Below are positions 1 through 9,621 of a DNA stretch of 64,000 bases, one piece after another. The stretch spans positions 1-64,000 of IMG/VR virus record IMGVR_UViG_3300033553_000116; one strand, given 5' to 3'. The DNA comes from a virus. How positions within the stretch are numbered: position 1 is the first letter of the stretch; each line of letters starts with the position of its first letter. The notes under the pieces are model-generated. The model was not told the DNA's origin and did not search any database. It saw nothing but the letters and a program-made list of their open reading frames with translations. Position numbers and translations under genes: made by a program.

Positions 1-1
1 A

Positions 2-115
2 CCACACCTTTATGCATTGGATCTAAATACTGCAAGAAGGCTATCGGGGTATATGGCATTGCCAGCACCTGTTGTAGCTAACATTGCTAATTGGGTACAT
101 ACTGAAGGTTATTGA
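2..115 (+). CDS. 3' end of a gene entering from the left (…PHLYALDLNTARRLSGYMALPAPVVANIANWVHTEGY)
   Basis: Frame 2 open from the window edge to TGA TAA, followed by a terminator hairpin. Confidence 0.7.
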   Translation, partial: PHLYALDLNTARRLSGYMALPAPVVANIANWVHTEGY

Positions 116-122
116 TAAAAAG

Positions 123-150
123 GAGAGTGGGTCGCCCCACTCTCTATTTA
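123..150 (+). terminator. Intrinsic terminator
   Basis: gagagtggg/ccactctc stem followed by T-rich tail. Confidence 0.7.
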
Positions 151-169
151 TGTTTTAAAAGGAGGGCCG

Positions 170-517
170 GTGGATATATCTATTGCAGAATCACCTTTAC
201 CCACAGTACATCTCAATGAAAGAGATTTACTTAATATGCCGATTAACTTATTATTCGTCCGATACGTGATGGCTAGCTATTTGTACTATCAAATGGATTC
301 CCAGACACCGTGGTCAGATAGTGACTATGATTATGCATGTAGCAAACTTAAAGATGAGTGGGATACAATTACCCACCAGCATAAAGTTTATACATCACTT
401 GACTCGCTACGAGCAGGCACTGGTTATGATTTTAGGTTATACCCTACTATCGCTAAGGTTTGTGCATTTACGTGGCTTGATGAGTGGTTAAAGTCTACTG
501 GAGGTTGGGTTAAATAA
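170..517 (+). CDS. Small protein resembling the N-terminal domain Ia of NAD-dependent DNA ligase
   Basis: YLYY..D..PWSDSDYD motif; AGGAGG RBS before GTG. Confidence 0.55.
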   Translation: MDISIAESPLPTVHLNERDLLNMPINLLFVRYVMASYLYYQMDSQTPWSDSDYDYACSKLKDEWDTITHQHKVYTSLDSLRAGTGYDFRLYPTIAKVCAFTWLDEWLKSTGGWVK

Positions 518-557
518 AAAATACAACCTCCCTTTTAAAATAATAAAAGGATACATC

Positions 558-1109
558 ATGTTACATTCAAATACTCCAACAATGATAAAAGCTTTAAACA
601 ATACTGAAATGTCTGGTATGTTAAAGACTAGAACAGCAGCCCAATTAAGAATTTGGATAAAGTCATATCTTTCTACATCTGTAGGTAAGCATGTGATACT
701 CTTTCTATATGGTGCTGGTCCTAGACATTTAGCATATGCCAAGTTTACTAAGGATTTAGAATCTGTACTTAAACGCGGCGGTGATGTAACACTTGTGACA
801 GTTGAGGGATTGGAGATTACCATGCGACCTTATCTAACTCAGGATAAAATAGCTGAGTTACGTACACTGTATAACAAATATCCTAACTTTAAGATTAAGT
901 ATCGTCATCGGATGAAAACCCCCCACCCACTGCATAAATTTAATAAAGAATTGGTTCTAACTGCAGTTGGTAGTAATGTTAAAATTCTCTCTTCAAATAG
1001 GTTCGGCAAAGGTGATTCACTGGATAAAGTTATGGCACGTGCAGCCATTAGAGATGAAGCTCATGTAAATGCTCGAGAAAAGGCTAAGCTAAGTAAAGAA
1101 TTGGCTTAA
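558..1109 (+). CDS. Hypothetical basic protein
   Basis: 183-aa ORF, AAGGA RBS. Confidence 0.6.
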   Translation: MLHSNTPTMIKALNNTEMSGMLKTRTAAQLRIWIKSYLSTSVGKHVILFLYGAGPRHLAYAKFTKDLESVLKRGGDVTLVTVEGLEITMRPYLTQDKIAELRTLYNKYPNFKIKYRHRMKTPHPLHKFNKELVLTAVGSNVKILSSNRFGKGDSLDKVMARAAIRDEAHVNAREKAKLSKELA

Positions 1110-1132
1110 CCTACTCAAAATAATAATAAACC

Positions 1133-1150
1133 TATATTACTATAGTGAAT
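1133..1150 (+). promoter_or_regulatory. phiKZ-type early (virion RNAP) promoter
   Basis: TATATTAC-TATAGTGAAT, intergenic; matches the phiKZ early consensus TATATTAC. Confidence 0.8.
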
Positions 1151-1169
1151 AACAAAAGGATATTTAAAA

Positions 1170-1532
1170 ATGACTAGTGCTATCTCACAACAGGACAGAG
1201 CAAAGCGTGTAAGTTTAATTAGTGATCTATTTGAAAAGCATTTCCCTAATCTCGAAGATGCGGTAATGGTTAGTTTAAACCAACTACCTAATCGCACAGA
1301 TTCCGTTAAGGATTCTAGGGGACATAGTTTTAAAATCTTCATACAACCTCAACTTGACATTACAGTCACCTTTGATAACTATGAGTTGCATATTGCAGGC
1401 ATATACAAACTTGATGATGTAGTTGAAAAGTATGAAACCCAATCTAACATTAATTGGGATGGGTTAGAAATACCTGTTACATTTGAGTGGATGGTTGGTG
1501 AGATGCAGAAGTGGGCAACAGCTAAACCTTAA
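1170..1532 (+). CDS. Early hypothetical protein (probable paralog of 2690..3028)
   Basis: ORF with RBS directly after an early promoter. Confidence 0.65.
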   Translation: MTSAISQQDRAKRVSLISDLFEKHFPNLEDAVMVSLNQLPNRTDSVKDSRGHSFKIFIQPQLDITVTFDNYELHIAGIYKLDDVVEKYETQSNINWDGLEIPVTFEWMVGEMQKWATAKP

Positions 1533-1602
1533 TATCCTCAAACAGTAAAAGCTTAGTTACGTGCCTAATCTTTTGCAATAACTTAACAATAAGGAACCAA
1601 GA

Positions 1603-2217
1603 ATGGCCCAAATAATCCAAGGAGACAATAGTACATTTAATGCACTAGCGTACGGTGAAACTCACCCTAGTACCCTAAACTTTATTGAAAGTCAGTTATA
1701 CAACACTACCAATATGTTAACTGACGCTGGGCAGAATTTCTTCCAAGGTGCATCGGATATCTATGAGAGGCTTAATGGTAGCGATGCTATTCTAGCGGCT
1801 AAGGCTGCAAGACGTGCAATCGGTAGCATTTGGCAAAACCAGGAAATCAAACATCTAACTTCCATCGACCAAATGCAGTGGGCATCATTGCCAATGCAGA
1901 GATGGATAATGGCTAACCCTACAGTTAGAGAAAAGTATCATAACCAAACAATTGAAGGTTATGAAGGAAGCTATAACGATTCTCAGCCAGATGCGGTTGG
2001 TGAAGATCATTATGACTATCGTAGAGTGATGAATGGTATACTAGTAGAGAAAGGTGACGATTGGTCATCTACTACTTATATCGAAGACTTGGAAACTGAA
2101 GAAGTTGAACTAACTTTAGTAGAGCAAGTTGATATCATGGACACATGGGAAAATGTATTAACAGCAATTCGTAAAGGTGGGGATGATCCAACAAGTCGTT
2201 GGAATATGTCACTATAA
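1603..2217 (+). CDS. Conserved Chimalliviridae protein
   Basis: MQRWIMANP, GEDHYDYRRVMNG and DPTS motifs recalled from phiKZ-like core genes upstream of SbcD. Confidence 0.7.
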   Translation: MAQIIQGDNSTFNALAYGETHPSTLNFIESQLYNTTNMLTDAGQNFFQGASDIYERLNGSDAILAAKAARRAIGSIWQNQEIKHLTSIDQMQWASLPMQRWIMANPTVREKYHNQTIEGYEGSYNDSQPDAVGEDHYDYRRVMNGILVEKGDDWSSTTYIEDLETEEVELTLVEQVDIMDTWENVLTAIRKGGDDPTSRWNMSL

Positions 2218-2224
2218 TACAAAG

Positions 2225-2250
2225 GAAGACTTCAGGGTCTTCTTTTTTTT
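2225..2250 (+). terminator. Intrinsic terminator
   Basis: gaagac/gtcttc stem plus T run. Confidence 0.65.
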
Positions 2251-2274
2251 ATCTTCGCTAATATAGGAATACAC

Positions 2275-2673
2275 ATGAGTAAACCAGTACCCAGTTTAAG
2301 TGCTGCAGGTTGGCTAGAATCAATAGCTGAAAAAGCAGACGCTATAATGGCTTATTATATTCTCAGTGAATATTCACAAAGCCATTTATATAAAAGCCAC
2401 GTTACATCGTTAACATGGCATATACAACAATACGGTAATGATCCAGGTAGATTAGAAACTAGAGTTGGTGAAGATCTAAATACATATTTCACCCGTTACT
2501 TTGAAAAGGTAGATGTTAATGTCAATACCGATACGCCAAATCCATTAGATCCAGATCGCATAAATCTAACAATTGATATTACTGTTTATGAAGGTAGTCA
2601 GCGATATAGTTTAGGTAAGGCAATCGAAAGCATAAATGGTAAAGTAGAAAAGATACAGACCATTATTAAATAA
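2275..2673 (+). CDS. Conserved Chimalliviridae protein, possibly T4 gp25-like baseplate/sheath initiator
   Basis: Size, YSQS motif and C-terminal beta pattern; synteny. Function inferred. Confidence 0.5.
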   Translation: MSKPVPSLSAAGWLESIAEKADAIMAYYILSEYSQSHLYKSHVTSLTWHIQQYGNDPGRLETRVGEDLNTYFTRYFEKVDVNVNTDTPNPLDPDRINLTIDITVYEGSQRYSLGKAIESINGKVEKIQTIIK

Positions 2674-2689
2674 ATTGGAGTAAGAAGAT

Positions 2690-3028
2690 ATGTTACAACC
2701 TAATTACCGTGACGTTACGATTCAAGCAATAACAGACATCTTTGGTATAATGCCAGTAATACCCCCACAAGAGTCTAATGTACCCCACCCAATGGAAACA
2801 GGTAAGCCATTGAAGATTGTTGTCACTAGAACATCGACAGTAGTTACCGAAGTCCACCAACTTGATAACCGCATTATAGTCCGTGGTATTTATGACTCTG
2901 GTGAGGACACAGATTCAATGCAGCGTATTCGTCATTATAACGATGAATGGATTGGAACAGATAAATGTATTGTAGCCGAGATACTTAATGAACTACATGA
3001 GTGGACTAAGGTAATGCAGGAGAAGTAA
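2690..3028 (+). CDS. Hypothetical protein (probable paralog of 1170..1532)
   Basis: GGAG RBS; shared motifs with 1170..1532. Confidence 0.6.
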   Translation: MLQPNYRDVTIQAITDIFGIMPVIPPQESNVPHPMETGKPLKIVVTRTSTVVTEVHQLDNRIIVRGIYDSGEDTDSMQRIRHYNDEWIGTDKCIVAEILNELHEWTKVMQEK

Positions 3029-3030
3029 TC

Positions 3031-3603
3031 ATGAAAGCAGAAAACACGCTTAAGGATTTTGATCCTTCATTAAGACATGCTCTAAAGAACACAATTGAAC
3101 AAATGGATTTCCTAGACATACTTACTAAGGACGATAATGCTAGAGTACCTGAACCAGCATTTATAAAGTTTCTTCTTCCTATACTTACTAATAGGAAAGG
3201 TAATCAAAGTCTAGTACCATGGCAAGAGATAGCTGGCAACGTAATGCGAGCAATTGATGTCATTGACCCATCTGGTAATGTATTGTTTACCGTCCCTCCA
3301 GTATTGAGAACGTATCAAGAAGATTCATTGGATTTAAAAGGGATGTCTCTCCAAGATATTCTTATTACCGCTGAAAGAAAGTCTAAGTTCATACCAGCTC
3401 AAGGTAAGAAACATTTTGATCTGTTTGTCCTTAATAACGTTAAACGTAATCATGCATTACTTGCCGATGTCAAAACATGGAATAGTATATTAGCACGATA
3501 TGGCTACGCTCCACTTATTGCCTTAGAAGGTGAAACATCTGAAAAAGAAACATCGGGAGATGGTCCTGATCAATTAGCGATTGATGGGTATGATGATCTA
3601 TGA
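3031..3603 (+). CDS. Conserved Chimalliviridae protein (gp64-like position)
   Basis: W..IAG...IDVID..G.VLFTVPP and WNSILARYGY motifs; ATGA overlap with SbcD. Confidence 0.65.
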   Translation: MKAENTLKDFDPSLRHALKNTIEQMDFLDILTKDDNARVPEPAFIKFLLPILTNRKGNQSLVPWQEIAGNVMRAIDVIDPSGNVLFTVPPVLRTYQEDSLDLKGMSLQDILITAERKSKFIPAQGKKHFDLFVLNNVKRNHALLADVKTWNSILARYGYAPLIALEGETSEKETSGDGPDQLAIDGYDDL

Positions 3604-4727
3604 AGGGTAAACAAATAAAGATATTAGAAATGGGGGATATTCATTTAGGCCACCCCAATACTAATACAATGCATATTTTAGATGGGTTACGTACTGCGCT
3701 ACCAGCTAACTCTAAGATGGCTGAATTTGATATTTGTTTTATAGCAGGAGATTTCTTCGATAGATTATTACACATGCCTGATCCAAACGTATATGAAATT
3801 AAACTTTGGGTTACAGGTTTCTTAAAGATGTGTAAGAAGTACGATATTGTATTACGTGTTTTAGAAGGTACTCCATCGCATGATTGGGCACAGTCTAAAT
3901 TGTTTATAGATCAGAATGAATTAGTAAGTATCAATGCAGATGTGAAATGGGTTAAAGCTCTCTCTATTGAGCATATAGAGCGTTTTGGTATTGATGTGCT
4001 CTATGTTCCAGATGAATGGAATCCGGAGTGTGACGATACATGGAAGGAAGTACAAGGCCTACTCAGTGACCGAGATTTGACACAAGTTGATTTCTCAGTT
4101 ATGCATGGTGCCTTTGACTATCAGTTACCATCCCATGTACCTGCACCTACACATGACCCAGCTAGATATAGGTCTATAACTAGATACCTTATATTCATAG
4201 GACATATTCACAAACATACCGTGGATGATAGAATTGTAGCTGCTGGCTCATTCGATAGACTAACTCATGGTGAGGAAGAAACTAAAGGACATATTGAAGT
4301 TATTGCTCGAAAGAACGGTAATCATGATATCACCTTTATACCAAATCCAAATGCCATGCTTTATAAAACACTTAATGTTAGTTCAATGGATTTACCTAAG
4401 GCTTTAACGGCCCTTGAGAAAAAGATCAGTAAGTTACCAGAACGGTGTTATGTAAGGATACAGGCTGCAAAGACTGACCCAATATTACAAAACCTTGATA
4501 CCTTACGAGCTAAGTTTCCTAGGGTCACATTCTCTAGTAAAGTTAATAAAGATCCAGATCTACATTTGGAAACTATTATTAATATCAAATGCGACTATGT
4601 ACCAATTCATATAACTAATAGCAATATTCAAAAGTTATTAATGGAAAGGTTAGAAGCACAGGAGAAGTTGAAGCTATCTAAAGCCGATAAAGATACTTTA
4701 GAGCAGGTGCTTGAACCACACCTTTAA
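3600..4727 (+). CDS. sbcD: SbcD/Mre11-like metallophosphoesterase nuclease (phiKZ gp65-like)
   Basis: DIHLG, AGDFFD, GTPSHD, MHG, GHIH and GSFDRL motifs. Confidence 0.9.
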   Translation: MKGKQIKILEMGDIHLGHPNTNTMHILDGLRTALPANSKMAEFDICFIAGDFFDRLLHMPDPNVYEIKLWVTGFLKMCKKYDIVLRVLEGTPSHDWAQSKLFIDQNELVSINADVKWVKALSIEHIERFGIDVLYVPDEWNPECDDTWKEVQGLLSDRDLTQVDFSVMHGAFDYQLPSHVPAPTHDPARYRSITRYLIFIGHIHKHTVDDRIVAAGSFDRLTHGEEETKGHIEVIARKNGNHDITFIPNPNAMLYKTLNVSSMDLPKALTALEKKISKLPERCYVRIQAAKTDPILQNLDTLRAKFPRVTFSSKVNKDPDLHLETIINIKCDYVPIHITNSNIQKLLMERLEAQEKLKLSKADKDTLEQVLEPHL

Positions 4728-4739
4728 AAGGATATATAA

Positions 4740-5585
4740 ATGGCTATCAAAAAAGAAATAGCAGAACGGGTAAAAGGCGCTGCTCCACTATCTATACCTA
4801 CATCTCTAGCTTTAGAATCATTGTGTGGTTTTGGGGAACATCCCAATGATAAACCATACATACATGAAATTGAAGAGCTGTGGGTTAATTTAAGAACAGT
4901 ATTCCGTAACTTGTATAATTCAGTAGATACCTACGTTAGAGAAACTTCTAATGCAGAACACTTCATAGATGCCATTGTGGAAGACATGCAAGTTTTAACT
5001 ACTGTAATTGAAAACAAAAGTCAGGGTAGAGTTAAGGTGATATTTTATCACTGTAGCTATAAGTCATTTAAGAAAACTTTCCCATATGCTAAATGGAAAG
5101 AGCTTAAAACCGATAAGCAGAAAATTGAACAAAAACTTGAAGATACCGTACTGGATTACTTTCTTAAACATAAAGAGCTTCAGGACAATTTTGATATTAA
5201 AAAGTTTGATGTTAAAATACTAGGACATAAAGTCGCAGCATGCATGCTAACACATTATCCTACTGATTTATTAAGCGGTGATAGCTTTCATAAGTTGAGA
5301 TTACTTGAATCACATACTGGAGCAATTAAACCTAAGGCACACTGGTATACAAAGCTTACTGGCGGACCAGAAAGAACTCGTTTACCATTCAATAGATTAA
5401 CAGTCCAAGTAATGGGGGATAAGAACGTATTATTTTCTATTTTATCAAGACAGTCTAAAGAAGCGTTAATTGAAATGTCTGAGAAAAATAAATGGACCTC
5501 AGTTACTACTGATGCAAAGATTAGGATGAATATCACTAAGCTAGAAGATTCTGATATGAAGCATACATTCATGAATCTACTGTAA
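4740..5585 (+). CDS. Conserved Chimalliviridae protein (gp66-like; possibly PIN/flap-nuclease-like fold)
   Basis: LWVNLRTVFRN, THYPTDLL and LLESHTG motifs; lies between SbcD and ChmC. Confidence 0.65.
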   Translation: MAIKKEIAERVKGAAPLSIPTSLALESLCGFGEHPNDKPYIHEIEELWVNLRTVFRNLYNSVDTYVRETSNAEHFIDAIVEDMQVLTTVIENKSQGRVKVIFYHCSYKSFKKTFPYAKWKELKTDKQKIEQKLEDTVLDYFLKHKELQDNFDIKKFDVKILGHKVAACMLTHYPTDLLSGDSFHKLRLLESHTGAIKPKAHWYTKLTGGPERTRLPFNRLTVQVMGDKNVLFSILSRQSKEALIEMSEKNKWTSVTTDAKIRMNITKLEDSDMKHTFMNLL

Positions 5586-5647
5586 AAACAAACGTATGAT
5601 ACCTATATACTGAATAGAAAAATCCAACAAATTCCGGAGAAAATACC

Positions 5648-6364
5648 ATGTCACAAGACCAAAGACCACCGTTACCAAAAACGGCTTTCAATGAATGGAA
5701 GCTATCGCTGGCTGGACCAGCAGATACACCTAATGCAACTAGACCACCAAATCTTAAAGTTGCAGTAATTGTAAATAGCCCACGTATCGATGTTTATACA
5801 AATGTACATGGTGATAAAGACAATGGTCGCATTAGTGCGCCTATGGATGCAGTTACTTTTATGGCTGTGATTGTAGAACTTGAAAAAATCATTGATGGCG
5901 TTCCTGACGTTCAAGTTAAGATTGGAAATAAAACTGGTGGTCCCGGGCAACAGCGTATGTTGTCTACAACCTTAGTTGGTAAAGATAAAGAAGGTCGAGT
6001 ATATATTTCTCTTATAGCCGAAGGTCGTCCACAGATCAAATTTCTATTCTTACCGTCAGATTGGCATTATCTAGCACACAAAGATGGAGCTAAGTTTACT
6101 GAAGCAGAAACCACATTAGTTTACGCTAAAGCTTGGTGTCGTTTAATGTCCGCATTAGTTCCAAATGTAATGGATACGTACTACACTGAACCATTCCGAC
6201 CTAATCAAGGTGGTGGTGGTGATAAGTCACAAGGTAAACAAAAGACCTTTAATACTTCTGGATATGATAAAGGCGGATATAGCGCCGATGGTTATAAGAA
6301 AGAGAATTTTAATAAACCTACCCCTGCGCCTGCGCCAGTTGGTAATGACGACTTTCCAATGTAA
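5648..6364 (+). CDS. chmC: ChmC/gp67-like phage-nucleus-associated nucleic-acid-binding protein
   Basis: Immediately upstream of the gp68-like gene; beta-rich core (VGKDKEGRVYISL) plus disordered G/N/K tail ending DDFPM. Confidence 0.75.
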   Translation: MSQDQRPPLPKTAFNEWKLSLAGPADTPNATRPPNLKVAVIVNSPRIDVYTNVHGDKDNGRISAPMDAVTFMAVIVELEKIIDGVPDVQVKIGNKTGGPGQQRMLSTTLVGKDKEGRVYISLIAEGRPQIKFLFLPSDWHYLAHKDGAKFTEAETTLVYAKAWCRLMSALVPNVMDTYYTEPFRPNQGGGGDKSQGKQKTFNTSGYDKGGYSADGYKKENFNKPTPAPAPVGNDDFPM

Positions 6365-6379
6365 TTAAATTGTATATTA

Positions 6380-6410
6380 GTAGGGTGGAAACACCCTACC
6401 ACTATATTTG
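6380..6410 (+). terminator. Terminator hairpin
   Basis: gtagggtg-gaaa-caccctac. Confidence 0.6.
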
Positions 6411-6430
6411 CTTCGAAATAATAATAACAC

Positions 6431-6447
6431 TATATTACTATAATGAT
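6431..6447 (+). promoter_or_regulatory. Early promoter
   Basis: TATATTACTATAATGAT. Confidence 0.8.
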
Positions 6448-6468
6448 AGTAAATAACAGGAGCTTGAA

Positions 6469-8025
6469 ATGCAGTTTAATGTGGATAACCTACAACCTAC
6501 GAGAATTAACCAAATCGATGTTGTTAGGGACGGTGTAGTATTAGAATTCTCAATGAAGACATATAACAGAACAACGTTCTTTAATGTAGCTTCCTTTTTC
6601 GATAATCTAAATCTTTTCTTAAAGTCACTACCTGAGGAAAAGCAGGAACTACTATTTAGTAAGTATGTTGAAGTAAAAAGAATATTAGAAGAAGTACATG
6701 AGAGTAGTAGACTACATTCAATGATTCAGGGTTCCATCACTGAAATTTATAACATCATTACTTTTGATGAATTGAAGAACTGGTTCTTAAAGTACGGTCA
6801 GATTAATATTCCAGCAGATCTTAAAGAAAGATTTGATGGTGAAGATAATGATCTTACTGAAAAGCTTACGTATCTTAGATCTGATTACTACGACCTAACT
6901 ATTCTCTCTTCATTATTAAAGTTAGTATCCCCAATCTTTGGTGAGTATATTGACTGTATGTCTAAAGATATTGGTACTAAGTTTAAAGAACATATGGCCT
7001 TCTCACTATTAGTGAAGAGTCCTTTATTTGAGCTAGTGCCGTTTAAACGATTGGAAGTATATATTGATGCATCTCTAGAAAAAGAGAAGCGTAAGAACTC
7101 TTCTAATGGTAAATCTTCCTCTGCAGTATTTGGTGGGTTAGGTACATCTGAATTACCAACATGGCTTTTATCTAAAGCGGTTGTTAGAAAGTTAGCAATC
7201 TATGAAGAGAAGTCAGGGAACAGTATCATTGCTAATGTATATCACTCAATAGATCAGCAAATTAGATCATTGGACAAAACATTCGGTGGAACTGTTAAAG
7301 ATAAGCAATTATTTAATAACCAGAAAGGCGAAGAAGATAAAGCTAGTATTGTTGAGAACTATAAAGTCAAGCAGGAAATTAGTGATGGTGATCTAAGCGT
7401 ATTAAGTATTTACGTTGATCAGTTGCACAGCATGATTAATATAGTAGATCCAACAATAGACATGAACTTAGTTGATATATGTGATAAGAACTTAAAGGAT
7501 AAGACCAACTTTAAGATTTCAAAGCATCAGATCACTTTAGCTCAATGGGTATTGTCCAAGGCTATTAGTCCTAGAGGAGTTCCATCACTTAAGAAGTCTT
7601 CTATCTTAAAAGCAATTGCTGGCGCTCAAGCAGTTCTTTGGTCTTGGGGATTTCATGAGTTAGCATTGCTAATGACATGTGAACCATATTACGGCGGTGA
7701 TACTAGTGCAGGTAATACACCTACTAGATTGGGTAAACGCTATGTAGCTATATTCACTGAGCTATATCCGCACAGACAGATCCTTTCTAAGAATGCTCAT
7801 GTCAGGGGAACTAATCCTGCGACTAAAGCAATTGATTCATTAGCCGGTGAGTTAGTTAAATCTGATTGGACATCAATGGCACCACGTCTTTTAGAGGTAA
7901 AGAATAACATTTCTATTAAAGGTAGCTTGTACTATATCTCCGCAGACATTAAAACGGAGCTAGCTGAACTACTTATTAAGCTAGCAAGTACTCGTCCTAG
8001 CGCATTAACCAAGACGTCGATTTAA
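6469..8025 (+). CDS. Non-virion RNA polymerase specificity subunit (phiKZ gp68-like)
   Basis: 518 aa; IPADL..TYLRSDY..L..PIFGEY and S.VENYKVKQ.ISDGD motifs; synteny. Confidence 0.8.
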   Translation: MQFNVDNLQPTRINQIDVVRDGVVLEFSMKTYNRTTFFNVASFFDNLNLFLKSLPEEKQELLFSKYVEVKRILEEVHESSRLHSMIQGSITEIYNIITFDELKNWFLKYGQINIPADLKERFDGEDNDLTEKLTYLRSDYYDLTILSSLLKLVSPIFGEYIDCMSKDIGTKFKEHMAFSLLVKSPLFELVPFKRLEVYIDASLEKEKRKNSSNGKSSSAVFGGLGTSELPTWLLSKAVVRKLAIYEEKSGNSIIANVYHSIDQQIRSLDKTFGGTVKDKQLFNNQKGEEDKASIVENYKVKQEISDGDLSVLSIYVDQLHSMINIVDPTIDMNLVDICDKNLKDKTNFKISKHQITLAQWVLSKAISPRGVPSLKKSSILKAIAGAQAVLWSWGFHELALLMTCEPYYGGDTSAGNTPTRLGKRYVAIFTELYPHRQILSKNAHVRGTNPATKAIDSLAGELVKSDWTSMAPRLLEVKNNISIKGSLYYISADIKTELAELLIKLASTRPSALTKTSI

Positions 8026-8039
8026 AAAAGTAATAGAAC

Positions 8040-8055
8040 TATATTACTATAATGC
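8040..8055 (+). promoter_or_regulatory. Early promoter
   Basis: TATATTACTATAATGC. Confidence 0.8.
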
Positions 8056-8076
8056 ATAAGTTATAAGGAGCTATCA

Positions 8077-9597
8077 ATGCAAAGTCAATGGGAACACCCA
8101 CAATCCAACAATCACCAAGCAACTCCCAAAATTACAATAAACAAAGCATTGTTCATAGAAACTGGGACATATAACGATATGAGTTTACGACCATATCAAA
8201 CAAACTTAACTGATAGAACATTGGGGATGTTCCAGGAAGCTACTCATAATGGTGAATCAATATCTGCTGCTGCTATTAGTGGTATTTCAAATTCTATCAT
8301 TACACCGTCAGCTAATGCAGGTGAAAGGATACAAGTTCCAGGTGGGTGGAGTGAACCACGTCTTAGATTTATTCTAGATATTACTGAACGTAGTAGTATT
8401 GGTGGACATGGTACAAGAAAGATTCTTCAGGGGTATACAGACTATGTTGGGGTTAATTTCAATACAGCTTCTGTAGATCCTAACATGTCAATGTTTTTCA
8501 ATAGTGTTGTAACGCTACGTGAAACTTATCAAGATACTCCATTTGGTAATAATGTTAGAAGTGCCATTTCTGAATCTAATCATCTTTTACGTGGTGATTA
8601 TAATCCGGCAGCTAATTGGGGTAATGAGGGTGCAGGACGTAATACAAACTCAATGAGACCTGAAGACGTATTTGCCACAATGGGACGTATGGATTTAGGA
8701 TTAGATGATGTCACTGATACACGTTCAACATTCGCAGAGTTCCCTGTTAAGAAATCTAAACGATCTAACGCATCTACAGCTAATTACGTCGCAGACATCC
8801 TAAAGGGATATCGTGGCGCATATGACTCATTCTCACCTAATGAATCAGATGGCATGGGATCTTTAATGCAAGCTGCTAGAGGCACTGTTGCTGAAAATCT
8901 AATGGCAACTGATCCGTTCTTCGAGTTACTTCAGCGTATGACTAGTAATTTCGTTAATGGTGGGTTTGTTTCATATGGTGAATTGGCATCTGTTATCCCT
9001 GAGTTCGATAGTCAGGTAAACATCATGCCATCATCACAAGTAGCTAAGCAATCTGCACACGGGTTTGAGAATCATCGAGCAGGTGATACTGAGCACTGGA
9101 ATGGTTCTACACTAGAAACAACATGGGCTACAGGTTTATCAGCATCTGTACCTTCATTAATGATGGACTTAATGCTTACGGGTATATATTTCCAAGCTAC
9201 TAATGCTACATTAAACGGTAGAGTTGAAACTAAGATCCTAAATGTAATGTCTTTCGCGGAAGGGATAGATTTAACACCATATCTGAACAATTTCCAAATG
9301 CGTTTAGAAACTGAAGTATTGCAAGGTCTTTCTTTAGGTAACACTATTGATTATCAAATTACAATGCGTGTAGATATTGCCGGTGAGACTAGAGTTACTG
9401 TGGCACTTCATGGTGACCCACATGGTGTTGAGTACTCGACTCCGAGTTTCGCTGATGGTTTATTTGTACCGGTAATAACTAACGAATCACAAAACTTAGA
9501 TACTGTTGCACATGACCTACATACTCTAAGCGATAATCTTGGCACCCAACGTACTGAGAACTACTCACATACTTCGTCTTGGGGCGATGGTATCTAA
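8077..9597 (+). CDS. picA: PicA/Imp1 (phiKZ gp69-like) phage-nucleus protein import factor
   Basis: Follows the gp68-like gene; ETGTY...RPY, GW.E.R.RF, GYTD, MRPEDVF and P.FAD motifs. Confidence 0.78.
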   Translation: MQSQWEHPQSNNHQATPKITINKALFIETGTYNDMSLRPYQTNLTDRTLGMFQEATHNGESISAAAISGISNSIITPSANAGERIQVPGGWSEPRLRFILDITERSSIGGHGTRKILQGYTDYVGVNFNTASVDPNMSMFFNSVVTLRETYQDTPFGNNVRSAISESNHLLRGDYNPAANWGNEGAGRNTNSMRPEDVFATMGRMDLGLDDVTDTRSTFAEFPVKKSKRSNASTANYVADILKGYRGAYDSFSPNESDGMGSLMQAARGTVAENLMATDPFFELLQRMTSNFVNGGFVSYGELASVIPEFDSQVNIMPSSQVAKQSAHGFENHRAGDTEHWNGSTLETTWATGLSASVPSLMMDLMLTGIYFQATNATLNGRVETKILNVMSFAEGIDLTPYLNNFQMRLETEVLQGLSLGNTIDYQITMRVDIAGETRVTVALHGDPHGVEYSTPSFADGLFVPVITNESQNLDTVAHDLHTLSDNLGTQRTENYSHTSSWGDGI

Positions 9598-9621
9598 ATT
9601 AAAAAGAATTAGGAGCAAAGA

